From NCBI GenBank assembly GCA_964486105.1, contig CAZAKR010000006.1, positions 15,924-79,923 of the forward strand: a stretch of 64,000 bases of DNA, given 5' to 3'. The translations under genes and the position numbers were made by a program. Positions 1 to 7,766 of the stretch are shown one piece after another; positions within the stretch are counted from its first letter, which is position 1, and every line of letters starts with the position of its first letter. The notes below the pieces were generated by a model that had not been told where the DNA came from, made no database searches, and saw nothing but the letters and a program-made list of their open reading frames with translations. This DNA is from an uncultured Rhodospirillaceae bacterium. GTDB lineage: Bacteria > Pseudomonadota > Alphaproteobacteria > UBA11136.

Positions 1-40
1 CGCAACCCGACCTTTTGATTGGCTTTGGCGGCTGCCTCGC

Positions 41-934
41 TCATGGATTTTTCCTTGATGTCGCCGTCCGCCGCCAGGCGCGGAAAAGAATATGGATAAG
101 CATCATGATCACAGCCATGCCGACGAACATGCCGATAAAGAGGGAATAATCGAAACGGTAACGATCTGTCATGGGATCATAGACGGTGCAGAAAAGCTTT
201 ATCTTGTTAATCATGTCATCAAGGCTGGCAAAGGGCGTTTCGGTGCCGAAGACCAGGTTTTTCAGGGGATCGACAAGGTGCGGCGTTTCGAAGTTTTCGC
301 CGTAAACCTGGCGGTAAACATTTCCCTCGGCATCGAGAATCGTGGTTTGGGCCAGATGATCGAAGCCTTTTGGCGATTTGAAGAAAAGGAATCCGATGTC
401 CTGGCTCAGGGCGCGGACGGTTTCCGCATCGGTGGTCAGAAAATGCCAGTTCGGATTTTTGATTCGCATCCGCCCGGCGAATTGGCGCATGCGTTCCGGG
501 GTGTCGATCTTGGTATCGAAGCCGATGGAAACAATCGAAAATGAATCCTCGCCAAGGGCGTCAAAGGCGACATCGGCGGTTTCGGCAAGGGTGCGGGTCG
601 TTACCGGACAGGCATGGGCGCAACTGGTATAGATCAAACTGATAACCAGCGGTTTTCCTTTAAAATCGGCAAGATTGACGGGCTTTCCCGAGCGATCGGT
701 AAAGCGGTAATCCCCGGTTCCGGCGCCAATGGCCGACTGGCTGAGGGCAAGGGCGGCTTTGTCGTCGAAATCCTTTGCCGCCATGTGGGCGCTTTCCCCG
801 TGGCCGGAGGCCGTCCCATGGCTTTCTTGCGCGGTCAATGGATCGCCGGTCAAAAATCCCACAGTAATAACAAGGGTATAAAGAGAAAGCCGTCTTATGG
901 ATTGGGTGCGTTCTCGGAAAAACACGGACACCAT
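41..934 (-). CDS. SCO1/SenC-family copper chaperone (thioredoxin fold) with an extra C-terminal membrane helix
   Basis: Within ORF 41..1078(-). SCO signature IYTSCAHACP (CxxxC) plus downstream conserved His (FDHLAQTTILD). Start placed at the ATG at 934, which gives a signal-anchor (MVSVFFRERTQSIRRLSLYTLVITVGF); an alternative ATG is at 1000, and the full ORF would overlap subunit I. C-terminal hydrophobic helix LFIGMFVGMAVIMMLIHILF. Lies directly downstream of oxidase subunit I. Confidence 0.75.
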   Translation of the reverse strand: MVSVFFRERTQSIRRLSLYTLVITVGFLTGDPLTAQESHGTASGHGESAHMAAKDFDDKAALALSQSAIGAGTGDYRFTDRSGKPVNLADFKGKPLVISLIYTSCAHACPVTTRTLAETADVAFDALGEDSFSIVSIGFDTKIDTPERMRQFAGRMRIKNPNWHFLTTDAETVRALSQDIGFLFFKSPKGFDHLAQTTILDAEGNVYRQVYGENFETPHLVDPLKNLVFGTETPFASLDDMINKIKLFCTVYDPMTDRYRFDYSLFIGMFVGMAVIMMLIHILFRAWRRTATSRKNP

Positions 935-1019
935 AACGTTTTTTGTCACCGCCTTTGGGCCGAAAGAGAGGCGGGACGTTCTAAAACGCCCCGCCCCCAT
1001 ATTGCGTCTGTCTACAGAT

Positions 1020-2714
1020 TTAGGAGATACCCCAGGTTTCCGCCAGGTATTTCCAGTTAACGAAATAGTAGAGAACAAAGACCACGAGGAAAATCATGGC
1101 CAGGGTAAAGGTTCCCGGAACATCGACTTCCTCGGTACTGCCGTAAGAGGCGGCAGCGGTCTTTTCCTCCGGCGCCTCGGCAGGTGCGGCTGCAGGCGCA
1201 TCGCTCTTCTTCTTGCCCCACAGGATCGAGCCGACGACGACGCCGATGAACATGAACCCGCCCAGACCGGCAAGAAGGGCGCTGATGCCGTTCAGGCCCA
1301 TCATCATAAAGGCGGCGGGCGCAAAGTCGTAATTCATCAGGGCTTCGCTAAAGGTGATGTCCCAATGCCGCCGGGGCACGCCCAGGGTTCCGGCACCCAT
1401 CATGAAGATGGAGGTGCCGGCCACCCCTAGTCCGAAGACATAGGGCTGCCATTGCGCCACTTTCGGCAGAATAAGCTCCCGCCGGAAGATGAGCGGTACC
1501 AGTAGATAAGTGACCGCCATAAAGGTCAGCGTCGTTCCCGCCACCACGGTGGCGTGGAAATGTCCGGGCACATAGATCGTGTTGTGGATGATCAGGTTGA
1601 TCTGTTCGGTGCCCATGACGACGCCGGAGATGCCGCCGAGAAAGCCGAACATGATCAGTGAGAGGAACATGCCGGAAAAGACCGGATTCCCCCATGGCGC
1701 CTTACGTAACCATTCAAACAGACCCTTGTTAAAGCCCTTCTTGCGCTGCGCCGATTCAATTGAGCCGGGCACGGTCAGGCCGTGGATCATGCTGCCGAGA
1801 ACGGCGAGATACATGGCATAGCTGGTGTTGAATATCTTGTACTCCGAGCTCAGGCCCGGTTCCACCAGAAGGTGATGGGCCGAGGCCAGTTGCAGGAACA
1901 GGATATAGAGCAGAAACGCCCCCCGGCTGACCTTTTCCGACAGCGGCTTGGCGCCAAAGAGGACTGCCGCGATCAGATACCAGATCGAAACATGGGCGGC
2001 GACGTTGATCTGCTGGGACGAATGCCCCATGCCCCACCAGATGACCTTGTACATTAATGGGTCGATATAACTGACCAATCCGACAGACCAGAGCAGGGTC
2101 GGGATCAGGATGATGGCCCCGCAGGCAATGGTAAAGACGGCGATAATGGCCGCCGTCAGGGCGCCGAAGGTGACCAGCGGGATAGATCCTTCATAGGTTT
2201 TCTCCGCCTTGGCCACCACCAGGGTGCCGAAGAAACAGCAGACACCAAGCAACGCGCCGACAGCAAAAAGGATGATCCCGAGATAGAAGAAGGGGCTGGC
2301 GCGCATCGGCACGTAAGAGGTGAACATCACCGTTGAATCACCCTGGAGGACGGCGACATTGGTGATCAGTGCCCCGATCAGCATCAGCCAGAAGCCGAGC
2401 CAGGCCACTTTGGGCGTGGCTAATCGGCAGCCAAGCAGGATTGCCGAGGCAAAATAGAGAACAGCGATCTCGAAAAAGATAATCCAGACCAGAAGAACAT
2501 CGAATCCATGGGCGGTGAGTGCCAGATAAAACCAGTCTGCAGGCAGCAGATGGACGGAAGGCCAGCGGGTCAGAGCGACGCCGAGACCAAACAGGCCACC
2601 GATCAGCAGGAAGACCACCGCGACCACGGCGTTGGCCTTGATCAGCTTTTCGGCCGGCAGATGGACTTTAAGGCCCGTATCGGGGCAGGTGCGAAATTGT
2701 GTGTCTGTAGCCAT
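1020..2714 (-). CDS. Heme-copper oxidase superfamily catalytic subunit I, B-family (ba3)-like, with a non-canonical active-site motif
   Basis: 564-aa polytopic ORF that aligns by eye with Thermus ba3 subunit I (DPL..WWxxGH.., ..AHH.., NTxxVPGHFH). All six His ligands are present (TAHG, GH231, H280-H281, HFH). HPxVY is replaced by HSSQQ. SD-like AGGGGAACAGGAAA precedes the ATG at 2714. Confidence 0.88.
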   Translation of the reverse strand: MATDTQFRTCPDTGLKVHLPAEKLIKANAVVAVVFLLIGGLFGLGVALTRWPSVHLLPADWFYLALTAHGFDVLLVWIIFFEIAVLYFASAILLGCRLATPKVAWLGFWLMLIGALITNVAVLQGDSTVMFTSYVPMRASPFFYLGIILFAVGALLGVCCFFGTLVVAKAEKTYEGSIPLVTFGALTAAIIAVFTIACGAIILIPTLLWSVGLVSYIDPLMYKVIWWGMGHSSQQINVAAHVSIWYLIAAVLFGAKPLSEKVSRGAFLLYILFLQLASAHHLLVEPGLSSEYKIFNTSYAMYLAVLGSMIHGLTVPGSIESAQRKKGFNKGLFEWLRKAPWGNPVFSGMFLSLIMFGFLGGISGVVMGTEQINLIIHNTIYVPGHFHATVVAGTTLTFMAVTYLLVPLIFRRELILPKVAQWQPYVFGLGVAGTSIFMMGAGTLGVPRRHWDITFSEALMNYDFAPAAFMMMGLNGISALLAGLGGFMFIGVVVGSILWGKKKSDAPAAAPAEAPEEKTAAASYGSTEEVDVPGTFTLAMIFLVVFVLYYFVNWKYLAETWGIS

Positions 2715-2728
2715 TTTCCTGTTCCCCT

Positions 2729-3268
2729 CTACTCGACGACGATCATTTTACCGAGCATCGTGTGATGCCCGATGCCGCAATACTCGTTACAGACAATCCC
2801 GAACTCACCCACTTCTGTGGGTGTGATGGTCATGACCATATCGTAATCGGGATGTATCTGCAGGTTGAGGTTGACCGGCTGCAGGGACAGGCCGTGCATA
2901 TAGTCGAGAGAAGAGGCGTGAAGACGATAGGTCTCGCCTTTTTTCAGCTCAAATACCGGCCACCATTCCCAGAGTCGGGAGATCATGTATATATCATCGC
3001 CGGCCGGAGGACGGACGACGGGAATGCCCGTGTCTCCCCATTCGCCGACGGTATATTGGGCCGCCGCTTCCTCTGCCAGGGCGGCAAAGGTGTCGGGATT
3101 AATTCGATAGGCCTCGGTTGGTGGGTTCTGTTTCCCGACGATGTGCCAATAGGGCATCATCAGAAACATGATGATGGACCAGATCAGCGCGATGGCGATC
3201 CACAGGATTTCGGTGCGAGCGATCGGTTCGTTCCACCAGAGTCGCTCTTTGGGGGGAAAAATAGCCAT
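2729..3268 (-). CDS. Heme-copper oxidase subunit II with CuA centre
   Basis: N-terminal TM helix (ILWIAIALIWSIIMFLMMPYW) followed by a cupredoxin domain with an intact CuA motif (YMHG ... CNEYCGIGHHTM). Start moved to the ATG at 3268, preceded by GAGGG. The track start at 3295 is TTG and would overlap the upstream mini-ORF. Confidence 0.88.
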   Translation of the reverse strand: MAIFPPKERLWWNEPIARTEILWIAIALIWSIIMFLMMPYWHIVGKQNPPTEAYRINPDTFAALAEEAAAQYTVGEWGDTGIPVVRPPAGDDIYMISRLWEWWPVFELKKGETYRLHASSLDYMHGLSLQPVNLNLQIHPDYDMVMTITPTEVGEFGIVCNEYCGIGHHTMLGKMIVVE

Positions 3269-3284
3269 GACACCCTCGCTGAAG

Positions 3285-3443
3285 TTAATTGGCAACGGGG
3301 ATCGAAATGACTTCCATGATCCCCCAGATTACGTAAAACACGGCAGGCACAGTGACGCCCAGGAACAAAAGCAGGAATGGATTGTCGAGTAGGCGTTGCA
3401 TGAACGGAACATCGCCTCCGCTAACTTGATCACCTTCAGCCAT
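3285..3443 (-). CDS. 52-aa single-TM mini-protein, possibly a subunit-IIa-like oxidase accessory subunit
   Basis: Hand translation of the minus strand gives MAEGDQVSGGDVPFMQRLLDNPFLLLFLGVTVPAVFYVIWGIMEVISIPVAN*. It has one hydrophobic helix and ends 17 nt before the subunit II ATG. It is below the 60-aa track cutoff. Its position matches that of the small subunit IIa gene in ba3-type operons. Confidence 0.4.
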   Translation of the reverse strand: MAEGDQVSGGDVPFMQRLLDNPFLLLFLGVTVPAVFYVIWGIMEVISIPVAN

Positions 3444-3518
3444 AATTTCTCTCCCTGGACTTGGCCGCTTTATCGGCGGCAGTTGGAATAAAATTAACCT
3501 GTCTGTTTGTTATGTCGT

Positions 3519-3707
3519 TTATGTCCCCTGCACCATAAAAGCCTGGACCAGGGCGAACGAACTGCTCGCCAGCACAAGGATGATGGCGAAGAAAATAAGT
3601 TGTCGGTATTTGAAGCGCCGCCCGGCCATGATTTCGGCACGGTCGAGAAGGCGGTCGGAAACGATATAAACGCCGATGGCAATAATCGTGAAAGCAAGGA
3701 TTTCCAT
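3519..3707 (-). CDS. 62-aa small membrane protein with two predicted TM helices, first gene of the oxidase cluster
   Basis: Track ORF. A strong SD (GAAGGAGG) lies 9 nt upstream of the ATG at 3707. It has two hydrophobic stretches (ILAFTIIAIGVYIV and LIFFAIILVLASSSFALV). I recognise no family. Confidence 0.45.
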   Translation of the reverse strand: MEILAFTIIAIGVYIVSDRLLDRAEIMAGRRFKYRQLIFFAIILVLASSSFALVQAFMVQGT

Positions 3708-4059
3708 TCCGGAAAACCTCCTTCTCCTCTGCGAGGCCCACTGTGATGGTATTCCCCGGATGAAGAAAGTTGAAGTACTAAAATTTGGTCCGCTCTAATC
3801 ATGCAAAACCGCCCTTTGTCGCCCCAAGCCGGGCGACGAGAAGAAGATTCTTACCAGCACATTCAAGGCGATGCACAAAAACGGGGCCATGACCTATATC
3901 AATTTCTTAAAGGGACCTGAAAAAGCCGATCAGCCCCCCTGGGGGAGGCGTTGCCGCGCATCGTTGCGGTTATGGGGCCGATAGGCTAAAAAACCGGCTC
4001 TTGAACGCGTCTTGGGGATGGGCCCGGTTTTTCTCACAATGAAGGATAAGAAAGCGGTT

Positions 4060-5742
4060 ATGGCTTCCTACCAGTACATCTATGTCATGAAGGGTCTTTC
4101 CAAGGCCTATCCCGGCGGTCGTCAGGTTCTTAAAGACATTTGGCTGTCTTTTCTGCCCGGCGCCAAGATCGGGGTTCTCGGCCTTAACGGTGCGGGCAAA
4201 TCGACCCTGCTTAAGATTATGGCCGGACTCGATAAGGAATTTAACGGTGAGGCCTGGTCGGCAGAAGGGACCAGCGTCGGCTATTTGTCCCAGGAACCGG
4301 AACTTGATCCGGATAAGGATGTGAGCGGGAACGTGTTCGAAGGCTTGGGCGAGGCCAAGGCGCTTGTCGATCGTTTTGAGGAGGTCAACGCGCGCTTTGC
4401 CGAAGAGATGAGCGAAGATGAGATGGATGCCCTGATCGCCGAGCAGGCTGAATTGCAGGAAAAGATCGACGCCGCTGACGCCTGGGATCTGCAGCGCACC
4501 GTCGATATCGCCATGGATGCTCTGCGCTGTCCCCCCGGCGATGCCGATGTGACGACTCTTTCCGGCGGTGAGCGCCGCCGGGTGGCGCTTGCCAGGCTAC
4601 TTCTTCAAAAGCCCGACCTTCTTCTTCTTGATGAACCAACCAATCACCTGGACGCCGAATCGGTGGCCTGGCTTGAACAGTTTCTCGACGATTATCAGGG
4701 CACCGTGGTGGCGGTTACCCATGATCGATATTTTCTCGACAATGTGGCGGGGTGGATTCTTGAGCTCGATCGCGGCCAGGGAATTCCCTTTGAGGGAAAT
4801 TATTCTTCATGGCTCGATCAGAAACAGAAACGCCTCGAGCAGGAGGGCAAGCAGGAAGGCGCCCGTCAGCGCACTTTGTCGCGGGAACTTGAATGGATAC
4901 GCCAGAGCCCCCGCGCCCGCCAGGCGAAAAGCAAGGCTCGTATTACGGCTTATGAATCTTTGCTTGCCGAGGCTGGTGAAAAAACCGCCGATACGGCTCA
5001 GATCATCATTCCTCCCGGTCCCCGGCTTGGTAATCTGGTGATCGAGGCCGAAGGGTTGAGCAAGGGGTTTGGGGAAAAGCTCCTCATCGACAATCTGAAT
5101 TTCATGCTGCCGCCCGGCGGTATCGTCGGTGTCATTGGTCCCAATGGCGCAGGTAAAACGACACTTTTCCGCATCATCACCGACCAGGAACAGCCCGATA
5201 GCGGCGCTTTCCGTCTCGGCGATACGGTGGTTATGGGCTATGTGGATCAGTCACGGGACGCGCTTGACGCTGACAAAAACGTCTGGGAGGAAATTTCGGG
5301 CGGGCACGACGAGATTGAGCTGGGTAAGCGAAAGATGCAGAGCCGCGCCTATTGCGCCGCCTTCAATTTCAAGGGCGCGGATCAGCAGAAAAAAGTCGGA
5401 CAGCTTTCGGGCGGTGAGCGCAACCGCGTTCATTTGGCGAAGATGCTTAAATCGGGCGCTAATCTGCTGCTTCTCGATGAACCGACCAACGATCTCGATG
5501 TCGATACCCTGCGGGCGCTCGAAGAGGCGCTGCTGAAATTTGCAGGTTGCGCCGTGGTCATATCCCATGACCGCTGGTTTCTCGATCGCATTGCGACCCA
5601 TATCCTCGCTTTTGAAGGAGATAGCCAGGTCGTCTGGTTCGAGGGCAACTATGACGAATACGAAGCCGACCGTAAGCGCCGGCTGGGCAGCGAGGCCGAT
5701 CAGCCCCACCGCATCAAATACAAACCTTTGACAAGAACCTAG
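4060..5742 (+). CDS. ettA: Energy-dependent translational throttle protein EttA (ABC-F ATPase)
   Basis: Near-collinear similarity to E. coli EttA from the N-terminus ([46 protein letters not shown] ... [20 protein letters not shown] ... RIKYK). Two Walker A/ABC signature sets. ATG at 4060 preceded by GAAGGA; the track start at 4012 is TTG. Confidence 0.94.
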   Translation: MASYQYIYVMKGLSKAYPGGRQVLKDIWLSFLPGAKIGVLGLNGAGKSTLLKIMAGLDKEFNGEAWSAEGTSVGYLSQEPELDPDKDVSGNVFEGLGEAKALVDRFEEVNARFAEEMSEDEMDALIAEQAELQEKIDAADAWDLQRTVDIAMDALRCPPGDADVTTLSGGERRRVALARLLLQKPDLLLLDEPTNHLDAESVAWLEQFLDDYQGTVVAVTHDRYFLDNVAGWILELDRGQGIPFEGNYSSWLDQKQKRLEQEGKQEGARQRTLSRELEWIRQSPRARQAKSKARITAYESLLAEAGEKTADTAQIIIPPGPRLGNLVIEAEGLSKGFGEKLLIDNLNFMLPPGGIVGVIGPNGAGKTTLFRIITDQEQPDSGAFRLGDTVVMGYVDQSRDALDADKNVWEEISGGHDEIELGKRKMQSRAYCAAFNFKGADQQKKVGQLSGGERNRVHLAKMLKSGANLLLLDEPTNDLDVDTLRALEEALLKFAGCAVVISHDRWFLDRIATHILAFEGDSQVVWFEGNYDEYEADRKRRLGSEADQPHRIKYKPLTRT

Positions 5743-5808
5743 TGGGAGGGCGCCGTAGCTGGAGCCGGAGTTTACGGCTGACGGAATATATCGCTTATAA
5801 CGAAAATG

Positions 5809-5842
5809 AAAAGGCCGCCCGAGAGGCGGCCTTTTTCTGTTT
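5809..5842. terminator. Bidirectional rho-independent terminator between convergent ettA and mlaC
   Basis: GGCCGCC (5813-5819), loop CGAGA, GGCGGCC (5825-5831). It is followed by TTTTTCTGTTTT on the plus strand and preceded by GAAAATGAAAA, which is a T-run on the minus strand. Confidence 0.8.
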
Positions 5843-5868
5843 TCCGGAGGGTGTTGAATCCTCTAAAT

Positions 5869-6513
5869 CTATTTGGCCTGCTGATCGTCCTTGCTGGCGA
5901 GCTGTTCCGTTTTTTTCTGCAGGGCCGCGATCAGGGCGTCGACCTTGCCGCCACCGCGCTGAATGACGGAGGCAAATTCACTCCGGTTGGCGATGATCAG
6001 GCTCGCCCCCTGAACGAACAGATTGCGGATCTTGTATTTGCCGTCGTGATTTTCCACCTGCCAGTTGAGGTCGATCGGCGCCTCTCCGCTGGTCATGATA
6101 ACTTCCGAGGCAACCATATAACCGCCGTCGTCTCCGGACGTAGCCCCGGTAACCTTGAAGATTTCACCGCTGTACCGGTGGAAAAGACTTGAGTAGGTCT
6201 GCGCGATCATTTTCTTGAACAGCTTTTGAAATTCTTTGCGTTCATCAGGCGTCGCCCGGCGCCAGTGGCGGCCGAGAACGAAGCGGCTGATATAGGCGAA
6301 ATCAAAGCCTTCGTCGAAGCGTTTGGCAAAACGCCTCTGCAATTCCTTATTGGTCAGACCGTCTTCGGTCAGATCCTTTATTGCTTCATTGCCGTAGGTC
6401 TGGATGAATTTCGAGACGTCTTCGGTTGAAGCGTCGGCTGCTTGGGCAATTGGCGTAAACTGCCAAAACCCTAGTGTCAGTAAGGCTAGGAGAATCAGAA
6501 CTCTTCGGGTCAT
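5869..6513 (-). CDS. mlaC: MlaC/Ttg2D-family periplasmic phospholipid-binding protein
   Basis: Signal peptide MTRRVLILLALLTLGFWQFTPIAQA. Family-typical block FDFAYISRFVLGRHWRRATPDERKEFQKLFKKMIAQTYS. Adjacent to mlaA. Confidence 0.8.
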   Translation of the reverse strand: MTRRVLILLALLTLGFWQFTPIAQAADASTEDVSKFIQTYGNEAIKDLTEDGLTNKELQRRFAKRFDEGFDFAYISRFVLGRHWRRATPDERKEFQKLFKKMIAQTYSSLFHRYSGEIFKVTGATSGDDGGYMVASEVIMTSGEAPIDLNWQVENHDGKYKIRNLFVQGASLIIANRSEFASVIQRGGGKVDALIAALQKKTEQLASKDDQQAK

Positions 6514-6520
6514 GTTGAAC

Positions 6521-7330
6521 CTACTCGGTCAGGGATGCCCGGTTTGACGTTCCATCTTCATTTTCTGTCATGAAACTGGGACCGGGGACATTTTTGGTCT
6601 TGGCGCCATTGCTGATTTCTTCAGCCCGGCGCTGACGGTGAAGAGAGCGAATTGTTGCATAGAAATCAATCGAATTTTCTTCCAGTTCGTCAAGAACGTC
6701 CATCACCAGAGAGCGTTCATCAATCCCCTGAACGAAGCCCCGGACAAGGCTGTATGTGCTGAACAGCCTGTCTTCATCACCTGAGAACAGATAGCCCAGG
6801 GGATCCATATAGGCGTCAGCTACGCTGCCCGCCAGATCTCGCGGATTGGACGGGCCAAAGATGGGAAGGACCAGATAGGGCCCGCTGGGGGCTCCCCAGA
6901 CAGCCAGCGTCTGGCCAAAGTCTTCCTCGTGAAAGGGCAGTCCGAGATGAGTGGCGACATCGAACATGCCGCCAATGCCGAGCGTCGTGTTGATCAGGAA
7001 ACGGCCCAGCGTATTGCCGATCCGTTCGCGCTCAAGCTGAAAGATATCATTGCCCAGGGTTACCGGGGTTTTGATGTTGTTGATCATATTGTGGATGATG
7101 TCCCGGCCGTCTTCGGGAAGGAGCAGATAGGCCTTGGCCAGGGGTTTGAACAGGACCGTATCCAGGCCGCGGTTCAACTCAAAAATGGCGCGGTTTACGG
7201 GCTCAAATGGATCATTAATTTCATAATATTCAGCCCGCGTATCAGGATCTTCAGGCGGCAGGTTACAGGCAGCCAGGGACACGGAAAGTCCAAGGATAAA
7301 GATGAAACGCGGAATAAAGTTGAATTTCAT
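6521..7330 (-). CDS. mlaA: MlaA/VacJ-family outer-membrane lipoprotein
   Basis: Lipobox LSVSLAAC. VacJ-type block DPFEPVNRAIFELNRGLDTVLFKPLAKAYLLLP...NNIKTPVTLGNDIFQ. Confidence 0.85.
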   Translation of the reverse strand: MKFNFIPRFIFILGLSVSLAACNLPPEDPDTRAEYYEINDPFEPVNRAIFELNRGLDTVLFKPLAKAYLLLPEDGRDIIHNMINNIKTPVTLGNDIFQLERERIGNTLGRFLINTTLGIGGMFDVATHLGLPFHEEDFGQTLAVWGAPSGPYLVLPIFGPSNPRDLAGSVADAYMDPLGYLFSGDEDRLFSTYSLVRGFVQGIDERSLVMDVLDELEENSIDFYATIRSLHRQRRAEEISNGAKTKNVPGPSFMTENEDGTSNRASLTE

Positions 7331-7628
7331 GAAATTAATCAGCCCCCGAAAAAAACGTCTTCTGCCAAATTTGTTATAATAACAGACCTAGACGCTAAAC
7401 CAGATGGAGCATGCTCCCCTCTTAAATAGCTTGATTGAGAACAGTTACATCAAAAACGCACTCAAAACAGGGCATTGGTCACAATTACGTTAAAAACAGA
7501 CCGTTACTCGTGACGCATGTCAGCCCTTACAGACCCTATCAAAGTATCATACGAAACATTAAAAGACCAGACTCGAAAATACGTCTGACGAGCAGGCGGG
7601 TATCTCTTGTTGCATATTTGCCACAAAT

Positions 7629-7661
7629 GTGCCCCGCGGAGCGTAGGGGGCGATTTTTTGC
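7629..7661 (+). terminator. Weak intrinsic-terminator-like hairpin plus T6, with no upstream plus-strand gene
   Basis: GCCCC (7631-7635), an 11-nt loop, GGGGC (7647-7651), then GA and TTTTTT (7654-7659). The stem is only 5 bp, so this is moderate at best. Confidence 0.35.
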
Positions 7662-7675
7662 TGTTGTCACCCTTC

Positions 7676-7699
7676 TTATATAAATATATGTTTATATAA
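7676..7699. promoter_or_regulatory. 24-bp AT-rich near-perfect palindrome; candidate operator for the downstream ArsR/SahR-type regulator
   Basis: TTATATAAATAT|ATGTTTATATAA has 11 of 12 symmetric pairs. It also reads as two copies of TTATATAAATA 16 bp apart (7676 and 7692). It lies about 70 nt upstream of the regulator start. Confidence 0.4.
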
Positions 7700-7766
7700 A
7701 TAACCTATTATATATTCTTATTGTCCCGACCGTGTTTTCGGACAGGTAGAGAGGTTGTTGAGGCGA

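Noticed and set aside
3889-3902. FNR/FixK/NnrR-like box (minus strand TTGATATAGGTCAT, that is TTGA-N6-TCAT) about 180 nt upstream of the oxidase cluster
   Set aside because: It matches 7 of the 8 specified positions. By my rough estimate, a match that good is expected with a probability of a few tenths in a 350-bp intergenic region scanned on both strands, so on its own it is not evidence. It is only worth revisiting if the enzyme proves to be NO- or O2-regulated.
3988-4032. AAAAACCGG...CCGGTTTTT inverted repeat just upstream of the ettA SD (possible attenuator)
   Set aside because: The 9-bp stem is mostly A-T and encloses a 27-nt loop, so predicted stability is poor. No leader peptide or alternative structure is evident.
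7435-7683. 82-aa plus-strand ORF in the mlaA-sahR intergenic region
   Set aside because: It has a TTG start without an SD, runs through the hairpin/T-run and into the AT-rich palindrome, and its composition is not protein-like. I treated the region as non-coding (see the leader/sRNA finding).
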